Below, in pieces: positions 1 through 9,316 of a stretch of DNA of 64,000 bases (the first letter of the stretch is position 1; each line of letters begins with the position of its first letter). This DNA comes from an uncultured Pseudomonadota bacterium. Lineage in GTDB: Bacteria; Pseudomonadota; Gammaproteobacteria; Natronospirales; REEB76. The notes below the pieces were generated by a model, which saw only the letters and a list, made by a program, of their open reading frames with translations, was not told the origin of the DNA and did not search any database. The stretch covers positions 454,454 through 518,453 of the forward strand of contig CAVZGN010000002.1 in assembly GCA_963774895.1 (NCBI GenBank), read 5' to 3'. Both the position numbers and the translations under genes were made by a program.

Positions 1-130
1 GGAATAAGACTATACGAGACAGGCTGAAGGTATACTTCAGTTAGCTAACTTGGGCAAACAAATATATAGAATTGATGGTTGCGACAACATCTAGCTGTCA
101 ATAATACAAGCAAGCCCTGGAAATTTTTTC

Positions 131-310
131 TCACGGATGCCGCCAGTAGCCACCCACCCACTCTCGCCCGCCATAAGCACCAACATGCCAATGGCCCGGC
201 ACCCAGACGGCTGCCCTGTAGGGGCGGACTGGCACAATTACGCAACCCACAGTGAATAAGGGAGCAGCGAGCACTACTGCCAACATCAGAGCCAATACCA
301 TACGCTTCAT
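131..310 (-). CDS. small putative secreted protein or lipoprotein with VPGHW/GGYW (YXWGXW-like) repeats, 59 aa
   Basis: Hand-translated minus-strand ORF just below the 60-aa track cutoff: MKRMVLALMLAVVLAAPLFTVGCVIVPVRPYRAAVWVPGHWHVGAYGGREWVGGYWRHP*. ATG at 310 has GAGG about 8 nt upstream. It has a hydrophobic signal peptide ending at a Cys (lipobox-like FTVGC) and Trp/Gly repeats. The competing track ORF 45..245 has no such features. Confidence 0.5.
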   Translation of the reverse strand: MKRMVLALMLAVVLAAPLFTVGCVIVPVRPYRAAVWVPGHWHVGAYGGREWVGGYWRHP

Positions 311-692
311 AACCAGTGCCTCATGACCATAACATTATAGTCTGAAACGCAGAATGGGATATGGGGGTTGACTCACTTGCCATGAAATTAGGAAATTGCC
401 TATCAATTAACCGGAAAGTGTCTGCAATACACGACAGAACCGTTCTCGATCTTCATAGCACTTTCAAACTGGATCTACGAATTTCTGCATTGGAACCAGG
501 GCTACCTCAAGTGCTCCAGAGACCGGGTAGTGACACCAGGACTGGTATAGAAACAGGGTGCGCTCCTCTGTTGGAGTGAAGACCGCAGTGGCGCTCAACG
601 GAACATCGCTTTGGTAAAGTGGGATCGTCGTTGAAACCGCAGTCGTTAGCTGCCATTCGATTGTAGGTATTAACTGTGTATCTTAATCAAAT

Positions 693-865
693 CTAAGTTT
701 CATGTAATGTTTCGACTAACGGCGCGCTCAGGATGCGCCGGTTCGCCAATAATCCGCTCAGTCCGACGATCAAGGTGCTGGCGATGATACTGGCTGCCTA
801 CACGCGCTTATCCAGATGACAAGACAGTGAGAGCACGCGGTTGGCGAGCAGCCAGGCCATCCGCT
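693..865 (-). pseudogene. 3' remnant of a YbbP/FtsX-family permease gene
   Basis: Co-linear with the 3' end of the intact permease gene at a constant offset of 2149 nt, with no indels. I counted 102/132 identical positions for 729-860 vs 2878-3009. Both end ...VETL(H/R)ET*. The remnant has an in-frame TAG (798-800) where the intact gene has TGG, and similarity is lost upstream of about 865. Confidence 0.65.
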
Positions 866-918
866 CGCGGCTACTGATTGCTTACTGATGGGTGTGCCGG
901 AGAAATCCGGCGGAGGGT

Positions 919-1695
919 TCAGCGGAGTATCGTCGGATAGATGCGGGCGGCCGCGGCCACCAGCACGATGAGCAACAACGCCAGGATGCCGAAGTCGGCC
1001 GCAAGCCCGTAGACGCTAATGCCGCCCACGCACATGAGCGCGCGCAAAGCATCCACGAGGTACGTCAAGGGGTTGAAGTGGGCGATAACCTGCAGCCAGG
1101 TGGGCATGAGCGCGACCGGATAGATGGCATTGCTGGCGAAGAACAGCGGCATGGTAAGAAGCTGGCCTATGCCCATGAAACGCTCGCGGGTCTGGACGAT
1201 GCAGGCGATGATAAGCGAGAAGGTGGCGAAAATGGCCGAGCCCATGAGCGCGAACAGCGCAAGGCCGAGGAGTGCAGGGATTTCGAACCGGACATGTACG
1301 CCAATGAGCGCGGCCAGCACAAACACCAGCGTCGCCTGGGTGAGGCTGCGCACGCCGCTGCCGATGCTCTTCCCGAGGACCAGGGCCCAGCGGGGAGCGG
1401 GACTCACGAGGTACTTGGTCAGCACCCCGGAATCCCGCTCCCAGATGGCCGCGATGCCGTAGAAAATGGCGATGAAGGTGACGCTCTGCGCCAGTATCCC
1501 GGGGGCGAGAAAGTCCTTGTAGGGCATGTTCTCGGAGGGCATTGCCTTCAAGCGTCCCATTACCTGGCCAAAGATCATCAGCCAGAGGACCGGCTGCACG
1601 GCACGGGTAAAAACCTCCAGCGGGTCGTGGATTAGCTTGCGCACCTCCGAGTCTGCGACCGCCAGGGCCTGGGCCACGCCTTCGCCGACTGGCAT
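919..1695 (-). CDS. ABC-2 type transporter permease
   Basis: Part of track ORF 919..1803. It is a polytopic hydrophobic protein typical of ABC-2 exporter permeases. Start placed at ATG 1695 (MPVGEG...), a few nt after the stop (1703-1705) of the upstream ATPase gene. Confidence 0.8.
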   Translation of the reverse strand: MPVGEGVAQALAVADSEVRKLIHDPLEVFTRAVQPVLWLMIFGQVMGRLKAMPSENMPYKDFLAPGILAQSVTFIAIFYGIAAIWERDSGVLTKYLVSPAPRWALVLGKSIGSGVRSLTQATLVFVLAALIGVHVRFEIPALLGLALFALMGSAIFATFSLIIACIVQTRERFMGIGQLLTMPLFFASNAIYPVALMPTWLQVIAHFNPLTYLVDALRALMCVGGISVYGLAADFGILALLLIVLVAAAARIYPTILR

Positions 1696-1702
1696 CCAGG
1701 GG

Positions 1703-2515
1703 CTAGCCACGACGTTGGATCGAGTGGCGTTCGCGGGCGATGGCACGATAGCTGTCACCCTCCCCGACCCCACCACCGCCCAGGCTGATGAAGACGTCAT
1801 CAAGCGTGGCCCCGGGACCCACGTTGGCCTTGAGTTCCGCGGGCGTACCCTGGGCGACGATGCGGCCTCGCTCGATGAATGCGATGCGCTGGCATAACGC
1901 TTCTGCCTCGTCCATGTAATGCGTGGTCATGAAGATGGTGGTCTGCCACAGCTTCCAGAGGGCTTTGATGCGGTCCCATACCGCGTGCCGCGCGGCGGGG
2001 TCTAAGCCGACCGTCGGTTCGTCCAGAAACAGGATGTCCGGTCGATTGACCAGTGATTGCGCGATCTCGAGGCGCCGGATCATACCGCCGGAGTAATGAC
2101 GGACGAGCTTATTGGCGTCGTCGGTGATGCCCATGAACTCCAGGGCTTCGGCGATGCGACCGGACCGTTCTGCCGCTGGCACTCGATACAGCCTCGCGAA
2201 GATAAGCAGGTTTTCATAACCGGTGAGGTCGGCGTCCGCAGATAGCATCTGCGGGACGTAGCCAATATGGTGCCGAACCTGGGAAGAGTCGCGCCGCAGG
2301 TCAAACCCCGCCACGCGTGCGTCGCCGGAGCTTGGGGCGAGGAGCGTTGTGAGCATTTTGATGGTGGTGGTTTTGCCGGCGCCGTTGGGACCCAGCAAAC
2401 CGAAGATCTCGCCGGCAGCCACGTCGAGGTCAATCCCATCGACGGCGGTCATGCGTCCGAAACGACGCGTGAGCGAGCGTGTCTCGATCGCGTCCCTAGT
2501 TCCTGCCTCACTCAC
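1703..2515 (-). CDS. ABC transporter ATP-binding protein (ABC-2/DrrA-NodI-like subfamily)
   Basis: Walker A GPNGAGKTT, signature YSGGMIRRLEIA, Walker B ILFLDEPTVGLD. Forms an operon with the ABC-2 permease. Confidence 0.9.
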   Translation of the reverse strand: MSEAGTRDAIETRSLTRRFGRMTAVDGIDLDVAAGEIFGLLGPNGAGKTTTIKMLTTLLAPSSGDARVAGFDLRRDSSQVRHHIGYVPQMLSADADLTGYENLLIFARLYRVPAAERSGRIAEALEFMGITDDANKLVRHYSGGMIRRLEIAQSLVNRPDILFLDEPTVGLDPAARHAVWDRIKALWKLWQTTIFMTTHYMDEAEALCQRIAFIERGRIVAQGTPAELKANVGPGATLDDVFISLGGGGVGEGDSYRAIARERHSIQRRG

Positions 2516-2841
2516 TGTTCACCCAGGACTGCGTGTCTGTATGTTGTTTAAGGTCGATGCCCGAACAAGTCTAGTTGCAACGGTACGGCGCCCTGATGAT
2601 CCAAGTCAATCGCGACTCATCTTGAGTGTGGGGGCACGGCGCTGGAAGTGTATTTGATCGCCACGGACGCGACGATGTGCATGGATTTCCAAGCAATGTA
2701 TGCATTGTCGGAGAACGGCGGACCTGAACGATCATAGGGTTACAGACAGGAAAGTGACACATCTAATTAACCTGTCGATGCGCCTGCCTCTTTATCCCGG
2801 GGCTGAATGAGCATGGATGGCGGGTTGGGCACGATAACACT

Positions 2842-5331
2842 CTAGGTCTCCCGCAATGTCTCGACCGGTGGTGTATTCAGGATGCGCCGGTTCGCCAATA
2901 GTCCACTCAAGCCGACGATCAGAGTGCCGGCAATGATGCCGATGACCCACACACGCCAATCCGGGTGATACGGCAACGAGAACACGCGGCTGGCCAGCAG
3001 CCAGGCTACCAGGGAGGCTGCCAGGGCTCCCAGCAATCCAGCCACGCATCCCAGGGCCGCATATTCGGTCGCTGTGGCGGAACGCAACAGACGCCGCGAG
3101 GCACCCAGGGCGCGCAATACGGCGGCCTCGAAGCGGCGCTCGTCCCGTGTGGCCTGCACCGCGGCCAGCAGCACCACGATGCCGGCGCCCAGGGTGAACA
3201 GGAACACGTATTCCACTGCCAGCGCTGCCTGGTCCATGAGATGCCGTACCTGCTCGAGGATGGCGTCCACATCGAAGATCGTCAGGGAAGGCAGTTGCCG
3301 TACCAAATCGGCCAATATCACCGCTTTCTCTGGCGGCAGGTACACACTGGTAATCCAGGTGGCGGGATATCCGGAGAGGGCGCCGGGAGAAAGCTCCACG
3401 AAAAAATTGGGTTGGAAAGAATCCCAGCGGACTTTGCGCAGGCTGGTAATCGTCACGACGGTGGGCGTGCCGCCGATATCGAAGGTCAGTCGGTCGCCGA
3501 TTTCCAATTTCAACTGCTTGGCGAAATCTTCTTCCAGGGAAGCGAGTGATTGTTGGGCTTGTGTGGCGTTCCACCAGTGACCCGCAGTGAGGGTATTGGC
3601 GGCAGGCAGAGTCTGCGACCAACTCAGGTTGGCTTCCCGGTTGAGCATGTGCTGGGCACGTTGATCGGGGAAATGGATCTGGCTCACATCCACGCCGTTG
3701 ATGGCGGTGAGCCTTGCGCGCACGATGGGAAAGAGTGTCGGCGCTGCCAGACCGTGAGCAGTAAAAAAGTTCTGTGCGGTGGCGCGCTCATCCGGCTGAA
3801 TGTTGATGATGAACTGGTTGGGCGCATCCGCCGGCAAGGACGTGCGCCAGCTGGACAGCAGATTGCCGCGCACCAGACCCAGCAGCAATAGCACCATGAT
3901 GCCGATACCGAAGGCCACCATCTGGATGAGCGCGTCGCGCCGGTGGCGGTTGAGATTGGCGAGACCATAGCGCCAGCCGATGCCGGCGCCATGCCGCAAG
4001 GGTTGTAGCATTGCCAGCAGCAGTACCGCGCCCACTGTCAGCACCGCGACCGTAATTACAAGACCCAGCAGCACGTAGAGTGCCAATTTGAGTTCGCGTG
4101 CCTGCCACCAGGTAAGTATTAGGGTGGTGAGTACCGCCGCTGCATAGATCACGTAGGCACGTACCGGCGGCGGCACCAGATCGCGACGCAGCACGCGTGC
4201 CGGCGGTGTATCCCCGAGTCGCATGAGCGGCGGCAGTGCGAAGCCGATCAGCAGGACGATGCCGATGCCGAATGCGGACAGAGCCGGGATGAAGGAAGCG
4301 GTGGGCAGATCTGACGGCAGCAGACCCTTGAGCGCCGCCACCAAACCATACTGGGCCAGGAACCCGATCAGCACGCCGATGACAGCGGCCAGAATCCCGA
4401 GCCATAAAAGTTCCAGCAACATCAAAGTCTGCACGCGCCGGCGCGTCAAACCCAGGCACTTGAGCACCGCAGCGGTATCGGTGTAGTGGGTGGCATAACG
4501 GCGTGCCGCCAGGATCATGGCGACCGCCGAGACCAGTACGCTTACCAGAGCCGCCAATGCCAGGAAACGCTGCGCACTGTCGGTGGCCTCCACCAGCTCG
4601 CGCCGGCCGTCGCGCACATCCTGCATCTCGATGCCGGCAGGCAGTTGTTCATCCAGGTTCTTTTCCAGGCCGGCGATCACCTCCGGCGCACCGGCCATGA
4701 GCAGCCGGTACCGCACCCGTGAGTTGCTGTTCACCAGTCCGGTGGCCAGCAAGTCGGATAAATTCAACAGCACCTTGGGCGCCAGTGACGAGAACCCGAA
4801 GCCACCGTCGGGAAGATAAGCGATCACATAAGCGATGCGGGCCTTGAGTTTGCCGATCTGGACTGTGTCACCCACCTTGAGTCCCAGCGTGGTGAGCACA
4901 CGCGCTTCCACCCACACCGTACCGCTTGAGGGGATATCCTGGACAACGTTCGTCGGGCCGAAAGGTAGTGCGCTGATGCGCACCCGCCCGCGCAGCGGAT
5001 ACCCCTCGCTGACGGCGTGGATGTTCACGAGCAGCGTGTCATTGCCGTTGAACAGCACCGTGGGGAAATCCATCACCTGTGCGGTGCGCGCGCCGGCTGC
5101 GTCTGCAAGATGCGTGAAGCGCGCGGCCAGCGGTTCTCCGGATGACAGCACCAGATCCGCCGCCAGGCTCTCACCCGCCTGCTCCTGAACTGCGGTATGC
5201 ACGCGGCTGGTGAAAAATCCCACAGCGCTGACCGCGGCCAGCGCCAGCACCAGCGCCAGGCCCATGACCTGGAGTTCACCGCTGCGCAGGCCGCGGTGGA
5301 ACTGTCGGTGGGACAGGCGCAACAGCATCAT
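2842..5331 (-). CDS. ybbP: YbbP-like ABC transporter permease (double FtsX-domain, 829 aa)
   Basis: Large polytopic protein in the size class of E. coli YbbP, with FtsX-type C-terminal TM bundles. ATGA overlap with the upstream ATPase gene. The tesA | ybbA-ybbP synteny matches E. coli. Confidence 0.85.
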   Translation of the reverse strand: MMLLRLSHRQFHRGLRSGELQVMGLALVLALAAVSAVGFFTSRVHTAVQEQAGESLAADLVLSSGEPLAARFTHLADAAGARTAQVMDFPTVLFNGNDTLLVNIHAVSEGYPLRGRVRISALPFGPTNVVQDIPSSGTVWVEARVLTTLGLKVGDTVQIGKLKARIAYVIAYLPDGGFGFSSLAPKVLLNLSDLLATGLVNSNSRVRYRLLMAGAPEVIAGLEKNLDEQLPAGIEMQDVRDGRRELVEATDSAQRFLALAALVSVLVSAVAMILAARRYATHYTDTAAVLKCLGLTRRRVQTLMLLELLWLGILAAVIGVLIGFLAQYGLVAALKGLLPSDLPTASFIPALSAFGIGIVLLIGFALPPLMRLGDTPPARVLRRDLVPPPVRAYVIYAAAVLTTLILTWWQARELKLALYVLLGLVITVAVLTVGAVLLLAMLQPLRHGAGIGWRYGLANLNRHRRDALIQMVAFGIGIMVLLLLGLVRGNLLSSWRTSLPADAPNQFIINIQPDERATAQNFFTAHGLAAPTLFPIVRARLTAINGVDVSQIHFPDQRAQHMLNREANLSWSQTLPAANTLTAGHWWNATQAQQSLASLEEDFAKQLKLEIGDRLTFDIGGTPTVVTITSLRKVRWDSFQPNFFVELSPGALSGYPATWITSVYLPPEKAVILADLVRQLPSLTIFDVDAILEQVRHLMDQAALAVEYVFLFTLGAGIVVLLAAVQATRDERRFEAAVLRALGASRRLLRSATATEYAALGCVAGLLGALAASLVAWLLASRVFSLPYHPDWRVWVIGIIAGTLIVGLSGLLANRRILNTPPVETLRET

Positions 5332-6020
5332 GCTGCTGGCACCAGCCGGCCGGCGTGCAGATTCAGGATGCGGTCGCAGCGGGATGCCAGCTCATTATCG
5401 TGGGTTACCAATACCAAAGTGGCGTGATGCTCGCGGTTCAGTCGAAACAATAATTCGATGATGAGATGGCCGGTGGCGGCATCCAGGTTACCGGTGGGCT
5501 CGTCGGCGAACAGGATCTGAGGCTCGCCCGCATAAGCGCGGGCGATGGCCACGCGCTGCTGCTCGCCGCCGGAGAGTTTCTGCGGGTAATAAGCGGCGCG
5601 TTCCGCAAGACCCACATCGGCCAATACTGTGCGTGCGCTCTGCACCGGATGCGGTAGCCCATTCAGCTCCAGCGGCAGCATGACGTTTTCCAGCGCCGTC
5701 AGGCCCGGCAGCAGATGGAACGACTGGAACACGAAACCGATCTGGCACGCGCGCCTTGCCGCGCGTGTGTCTTCGTCCAGCGCGCTGAGATCCTCGCCAT
5801 TCAGCCATAAGTGGCCACGGCTGGGAACATCCAGGCCCGCCATCAGGCCCAACAGGGTGGATTTGCCGGAACCGGACGGGCCCACGATGGCCACCGATTC
5901 ACCGCGCTGGATCGACAACGAGACATCCTCGAGGATGGTCAGCGCGCCGTCCGGACTGGTAACCTGTTTGCCCAGATGTTCGACGCACAGCAACACTTGT
6001 TCAGGAGATTCCTTGGGCAT
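5328..6020 (-). CDS. ybbA: YbbA/LolD-like ABC transporter ATP-binding protein
   Basis: Walker A GPSGSGKST, signature LSGGEQQRVAIAR, Walker B ILFADEPTGNLD. Start is ambiguous (TTG 6077, ATG 6032, ATG 6020). MPKES... at 6020 gives a YbbA-like N-terminus. Confidence 0.85.
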   Translation of the reverse strand: MPKESPEQVLLCVEHLGKQVTSPDGALTILEDVSLSIQRGESVAIVGPSGSGKSTLLGLMAGLDVPSRGHLWLNGEDLSALDEDTRAARRACQIGFVFQSFHLLPGLTALENVMLPLELNGLPHPVQSARTVLADVGLAERAAYYPQKLSGGEQQRVAIARAYAGEPQILFADEPTGNLDAATGHLIIELLFRLNREHHATLVLVTHDNELASRCDRILNLHAGRLVPAA

Positions 6021-6645
6021 ATCGAAATTCATCCTTCTGACTGGACTGTTGTGTTGTTGCGCATCGATTGCGGCCAAAGCGGCTTCACCGCCTGTGATCC
6101 TGGTGATGGGCGACAGCCTGAGTGCCGCCTACGGTATCGAAACTTCCCAGGGCTGGGTAGCGTTGCTGGCAGCGCGCCTCAAGACGCAGGCTGATGATTA
6201 CCATGTGGTCAATGCCAGCGTCAGCGGCGATACCTCGGCACAGGGATTGACGCGACTGCCGGTGGAACTCGCGCGGCATAAACCTGCCATCGTGATCCTG
6301 GAGTTGGGCGCTAACGACGGTTTGCGCGGGCTGCCGGTCACCGCCTTGCAGGCCAACCTTGCGAAAATGATCGTGCTTTCGAAGCACGCGGGTGCGCAAG
6401 TTTTATTGCTGGGAATACTGTTACCACCGAATTTCGGACCGGAGTACACCCAAAGCTTCGCGGCCGTGTACCCACGCTTGGCGAAAGATTACCACGTGCC
6501 GCTGGTGCCGTTCCTGCTGGAAGGCGTGGCCCAGCATCGGGAGATGCTGCAGGCTGACGGCATGCATCCTTTGGCACCAGCCGAGCATCAGGTGCTGGAC
6601 AATGTGTGGGTGAAACTTGCGCCGCTGTTGAAGCAGACTTCTTGA
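6013..6645 (+). CDS. tesA: SGNH arylesterase / acyl-CoA thioesterase I (TesA-like), periplasmic
   Basis: SGNH blocks GDSLSAAYG, GANDG and DGMHP. No ATG is available upstream of the catalytic block. TTG at 6013 is preceded by AGGAG (6003-6007) and yields a signal peptide MGISKFILLTGLLCCCASIAAKA|AS. Confidence 0.8.
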   Translation: MGISKFILLTGLLCCCASIAAKAASPPVILVMGDSLSAAYGIETSQGWVALLAARLKTQADDYHVVNASVSGDTSAQGLTRLPVELARHKPAIVILELGANDGLRGLPVTALQANLAKMIVLSKHAGAQVLLLGILLPPNFGPEYTQSFAAVYPRLAKDYHVPLVPFLLEGVAQHREMLQADGMHPLAPAEHQVLDNVWVKLAPLLKQTS

Positions 6646-6654
6646 TCTGCTACC

Positions 6655-7161
6655 TCAGGAGTGCACAGCGCTGATCTTATGCGGCCGCAGCTCGCGGGCC
6701 AGGGCATCGGCCCAATCCAGTATCAGCCTGACCCTCGGGGTGATCAGCTTGAGCGCCTGGGCATGGCTCACCCAGCGGTATTCGATGTGTTCCTGGATGC
6801 CGGTCTCGGGATTGGCGGTCAGTGCGATCTTCTCCTGCCGGGTGCTCGCCAGGTAATAACGCGCGACCTTGCCGCGGTTATAGGGCTTGGTTTCCCGGTA
6901 GGCTTCGCCCCACCGGAATTCCAAGTCTTGGAGGCCGGTTTCCTCCTGGACTTCTCGGATGGCTGCCTGCAGGGGTGTTTCTCCGGGCTCCACGGCGCCC
7001 TTGGGGAAATCCCAATAGCTGTAGGCACGTAATAGTAGGAAACGGCGGCCGCCCTGGGTATCGCGCAGTAATACGACCCCGGCGGAGAGGTGTGAGCGTG
7101 CGGCTGACATGCTGATAGTAAGTATAAGACCGTCCGGCAAATGTGTGTACGAATCAGTCAT
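6655..7161 (-). CDS. NUDIX hydrolase
   Basis: Nudix box GAVEPGETPLQAAIREVQEETGL. Start is uncertain (ATG 7161 or ATG 7110; track maximum 7200). Confidence 0.8.
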   Translation of the reverse strand: MTDSYTHLPDGLILTISMSAARSHLSAGVVLLRDTQGGRRFLLLRAYSYWDFPKGAVEPGETPLQAAIREVQEETGLQDLEFRWGEAYRETKPYNRGKVARYYLASTRQEKIALTANPETGIQEHIEYRWVSHAQALKLITPRVRLILDWADALARELRPHKISAVHS

Positions 7162-7214
7162 ATTGAGTCTATTAATCATCCCGGCTGACCGCCCAGGCAA
7201 ACGCCGCAGCTAGA

Positions 7215-7913
7215 ATGGGTCTTATGAAATCACTGCTCGCCATCCGCCATGTGCCCTTCGAGGATCTGGGTTGCCTGGAAGCGCTGCTCACCGAATCCGG
7301 TTATGCAATCCGCTATGTGGATGCGCCCACGGCAGATTTCTCGCATCTAGCTCAGGCCAAATGGGATCTGCTGGTGGTATTGGGCGGGCCTATCGGCGTG
7401 ATGGAGCAGCACGATTATCCATTCCTCATTACGGAACTGCAGTTGCTGGAGCTGCGTCTCAAACACAAGTCACCAACATTGGGTATCTGCTTGGGCAGCC
7501 AGCTCCTGGCACATGCGCTGGGCGCGCGCATCCATAAAAATCGCAGCGTTGAGATCGGCTGGAAATCCTTGACCCTGACCAGCGCCGGGCATGATTCCTC
7601 GCTGCAGCATTTCCGCAAACCTGTCTTCCATTGGCACGGCGAGGATTTTGATCTGCCGGCCGGCGCCCGGCATCTGGCGTCTACCGACTTGTGCCCAAAC
7701 CAGGCATTCTCACTGGGAAGCTCGGTGCTGGGTCTGCAGTTCCATCCGGAAGTGACCGCTCGCGGCCTCGAGCAATGGTATGTGGGGCATACCGGCGAGC
7801 TACGTTCACACGGATTGTCACCCGCGAAACTGCGCGAGGAAGCGACGCGTTTCGCGCCCCTGCTGGCGCAGCAATCCAGCGCCTTCCTGAAGGACTGGCT
7901 GGCGAATCACTAG
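7215..7913 (+). CDS. class I glutamine amidotransferase (GMP-synthase-like GATase domain protein)
   Basis: Nucleophile elbow GICLGSQLLAHALG and His-Glu motif LQFHPEVT. Confidence 0.8.
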   Translation: MGLMKSLLAIRHVPFEDLGCLEALLTESGYAIRYVDAPTADFSHLAQAKWDLLVVLGGPIGVMEQHDYPFLITELQLLELRLKHKSPTLGICLGSQLLAHALGARIHKNRSVEIGWKSLTLTSAGHDSSLQHFRKPVFHWHGEDFDLPAGARHLASTDLCPNQAFSLGSSVLGLQFHPEVTARGLEQWYVGHTGELRSHGLSPAKLREEATRFAPLLAQQSSAFLKDWLANH

Positions 7914-7939
7914 CGTCAAGCATCGACTTTGGACTGCCG

Positions 7940-8413
7940 TCAGGCCGGGCGGAAGATGATCTCTGGGACGATCTCCATGGCAGTCTTGAGGCTGTTGGCG
8001 ATGAAGCAGTGCTCGTGGGCTTTGTGCACACACTGGCGCACACGCTCTTCATCCGCTGCTCCCTTGATGACCATCCGCGGCCGCAGAATAATGCGGGTGA
8101 TGCGTACTGGCCGATCGTCCATGGGCATGAAAGCCTCGGCCTGATCCTGGTATTCCACCACCTCCAGATGCGCGCGCGCAGCGATGGCCAGGAACGAGAG
8201 CATCTGGCAGGAGACTGCCGCCATCAGCAGCAGTTGTTCGGGGTTAAGCTGCTGGGGATCGCCGTAGAAGGCGGGATCCGAACTCATGCTGAGTGATTGT
8301 GACGCCGGCGCCGCTGTCAACGTGTGGCTGCGGGCATAGTTTTCATAACCACTCGCGGTGGACCCCCGCCAATGGCAGACAGCGGTGTAGTGATGTGTGG
8401 AATGGTCTGGCAT
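7940..8413 (-). CDS. OsmC/Ohr family protein
   Basis: 157-aa protein with an OsmC-family layout, including conserved Cys in AAVSCQM and EHCFIANSL. Confidence 0.75.
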   Translation of the reverse strand: MPDHSTHHYTAVCHWRGSTASGYENYARSHTLTAAPASQSLSMSSDPAFYGDPQQLNPEQLLLMAAVSCQMLSFLAIAARAHLEVVEYQDQAEAFMPMDDRPVRITRIILRPRMVIKGAADEERVRQCVHKAHEHCFIANSLKTAMEIVPEIIFRPA

Positions 8414-8421
8414 GAGGACTC

Positions 8422-9180
8422 CTAACGTCCTGAGAATTTGCGCATGAGCGGAAAATAGAGCCTGTACGGCAGACAGCGAAACAGCTTCAGCAGCAGTACG
8501 AATCGCCGTGGGAAGGCGATCTCGAATTTCCGTTGCATGATGCCGCGATACAAAGCATCAGTTGCGTCATCGAGATCCATCAGGAACGGCATGCCCGCAC
8601 GGTTTTCCGCGGTCATGGGGGTCTTCACGAAACCGGGATTGCAGATCGAGATCATGATGCCTTCGCGATGCAGATCGAAGTACAGGGATTCCGCCAGGTT
8701 GATGAGTGCGGCTTTGGTCGGGCCGTAGGCTGCGATACCCGGCATGCCACGATAGCCGGCGACGCTCGCCACGATCACGATATGGCCGGCATGCCGCCGC
8801 TGGAATGACCCCAGCACCGCATCGATGCCGTTGACCACCCCCAGGTAATTGGTCCGCATGTGGTTGGCGAAGGTCTCGGCGCGCAGGTTGTCGAGCTTCA
8901 CGAAGCGGCCGAAGCCCGCGTTCAGCACCACCAGGTCGATGGGCCCTAGTTCGGATTCGATGCGGGCCGCCGTTTGGCGCATGGCCTCCAGATCGCTCAC
9001 ATCCAGGGGAAAGGCATGCACGTTGCCCGCAGCCTGCTGCGCAGTCTCCTGCAGTGCTTCTGGGCGGCGGCCGGAGGCCGCCACCTTCCAGCCCGCGCGC
9101 GCCAGCTTCAGGGCCAGCGCTTGGCCTATGCCAGAGCCACCGCCGGTGATCCAGGCGATGCGTGCTGTGCTGGTTTGCAT
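8422..9180 (-). CDS. SDR family oxidoreductase
   Basis: Cofactor motif TGGGSGIG, NAG, and catalytic YGPTK (YxxxK). Confidence 0.85.
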   Translation of the reverse strand: MQTSTARIAWITGGGSGIGQALALKLARAGWKVAASGRRPEALQETAQQAAGNVHAFPLDVSDLEAMRQTAARIESELGPIDLVVLNAGFGRFVKLDNLRAETFANHMRTNYLGVVNGIDAVLGSFQRRHAGHIVIVASVAGYRGMPGIAAYGPTKAALINLAESLYFDLHREGIMISICNPGFVKTPMTAENRAGMPFLMDLDDATDALYRGIMQRKFEIAFPRRFVLLLKLFRCLPYRLYFPLMRKFSGR

Positions 9181-9316
9181 CTCGTCATCCTAGGTACTGC
9201 GGTGGAGATAGATGTGATTCTACCTTGAAGCGTGTCGGTACCTGCTTGCCGCCCCTGGGCAGCTGCTATACCTTGTTACGGCAGAGTGTCCTATATTCAA
9301 GGTCCTTGAGGGTCCC

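Noticed and set aside
24-40. Hairpin CTGAAG-GTATA-CTTCAG downstream of the small lipoprotein gene, considered as a terminator.
   Set aside because: The stem is only 6 bp, there is no U-tract on the relevant strand, and it is 90 nt from the stop codon. This is too weak to call.
45-245. 66-aa track ORF at the left edge.
   Set aside because: It overlaps, in another frame, the 131-310 ORF, which has a start context, a signal peptide and recognisable repeats. The 45-245 product is featureless and Cys/Arg-rich.
361-579. 72-aa plus-strand ORF in the AT-rich left region, together with the 63-aa ORF at 2571-2762 in the ABC-ybbP spacer.
   Set aside because: Neither has an RBS, a recognisable domain, or hydrophobic or signal features. 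Both sit in regions better interpreted as decayed or intergenic DNA.
6013-6032. Head-to-head overlap of the tesA and ybbA 5' coding ends, considered as a possible novelty.
   Set aside because: The divergent tesA | ybbA-ybbP arrangement is the same conserved synteny as in E. coli. The exact overlap also depends on my choice among several candidate start codons.
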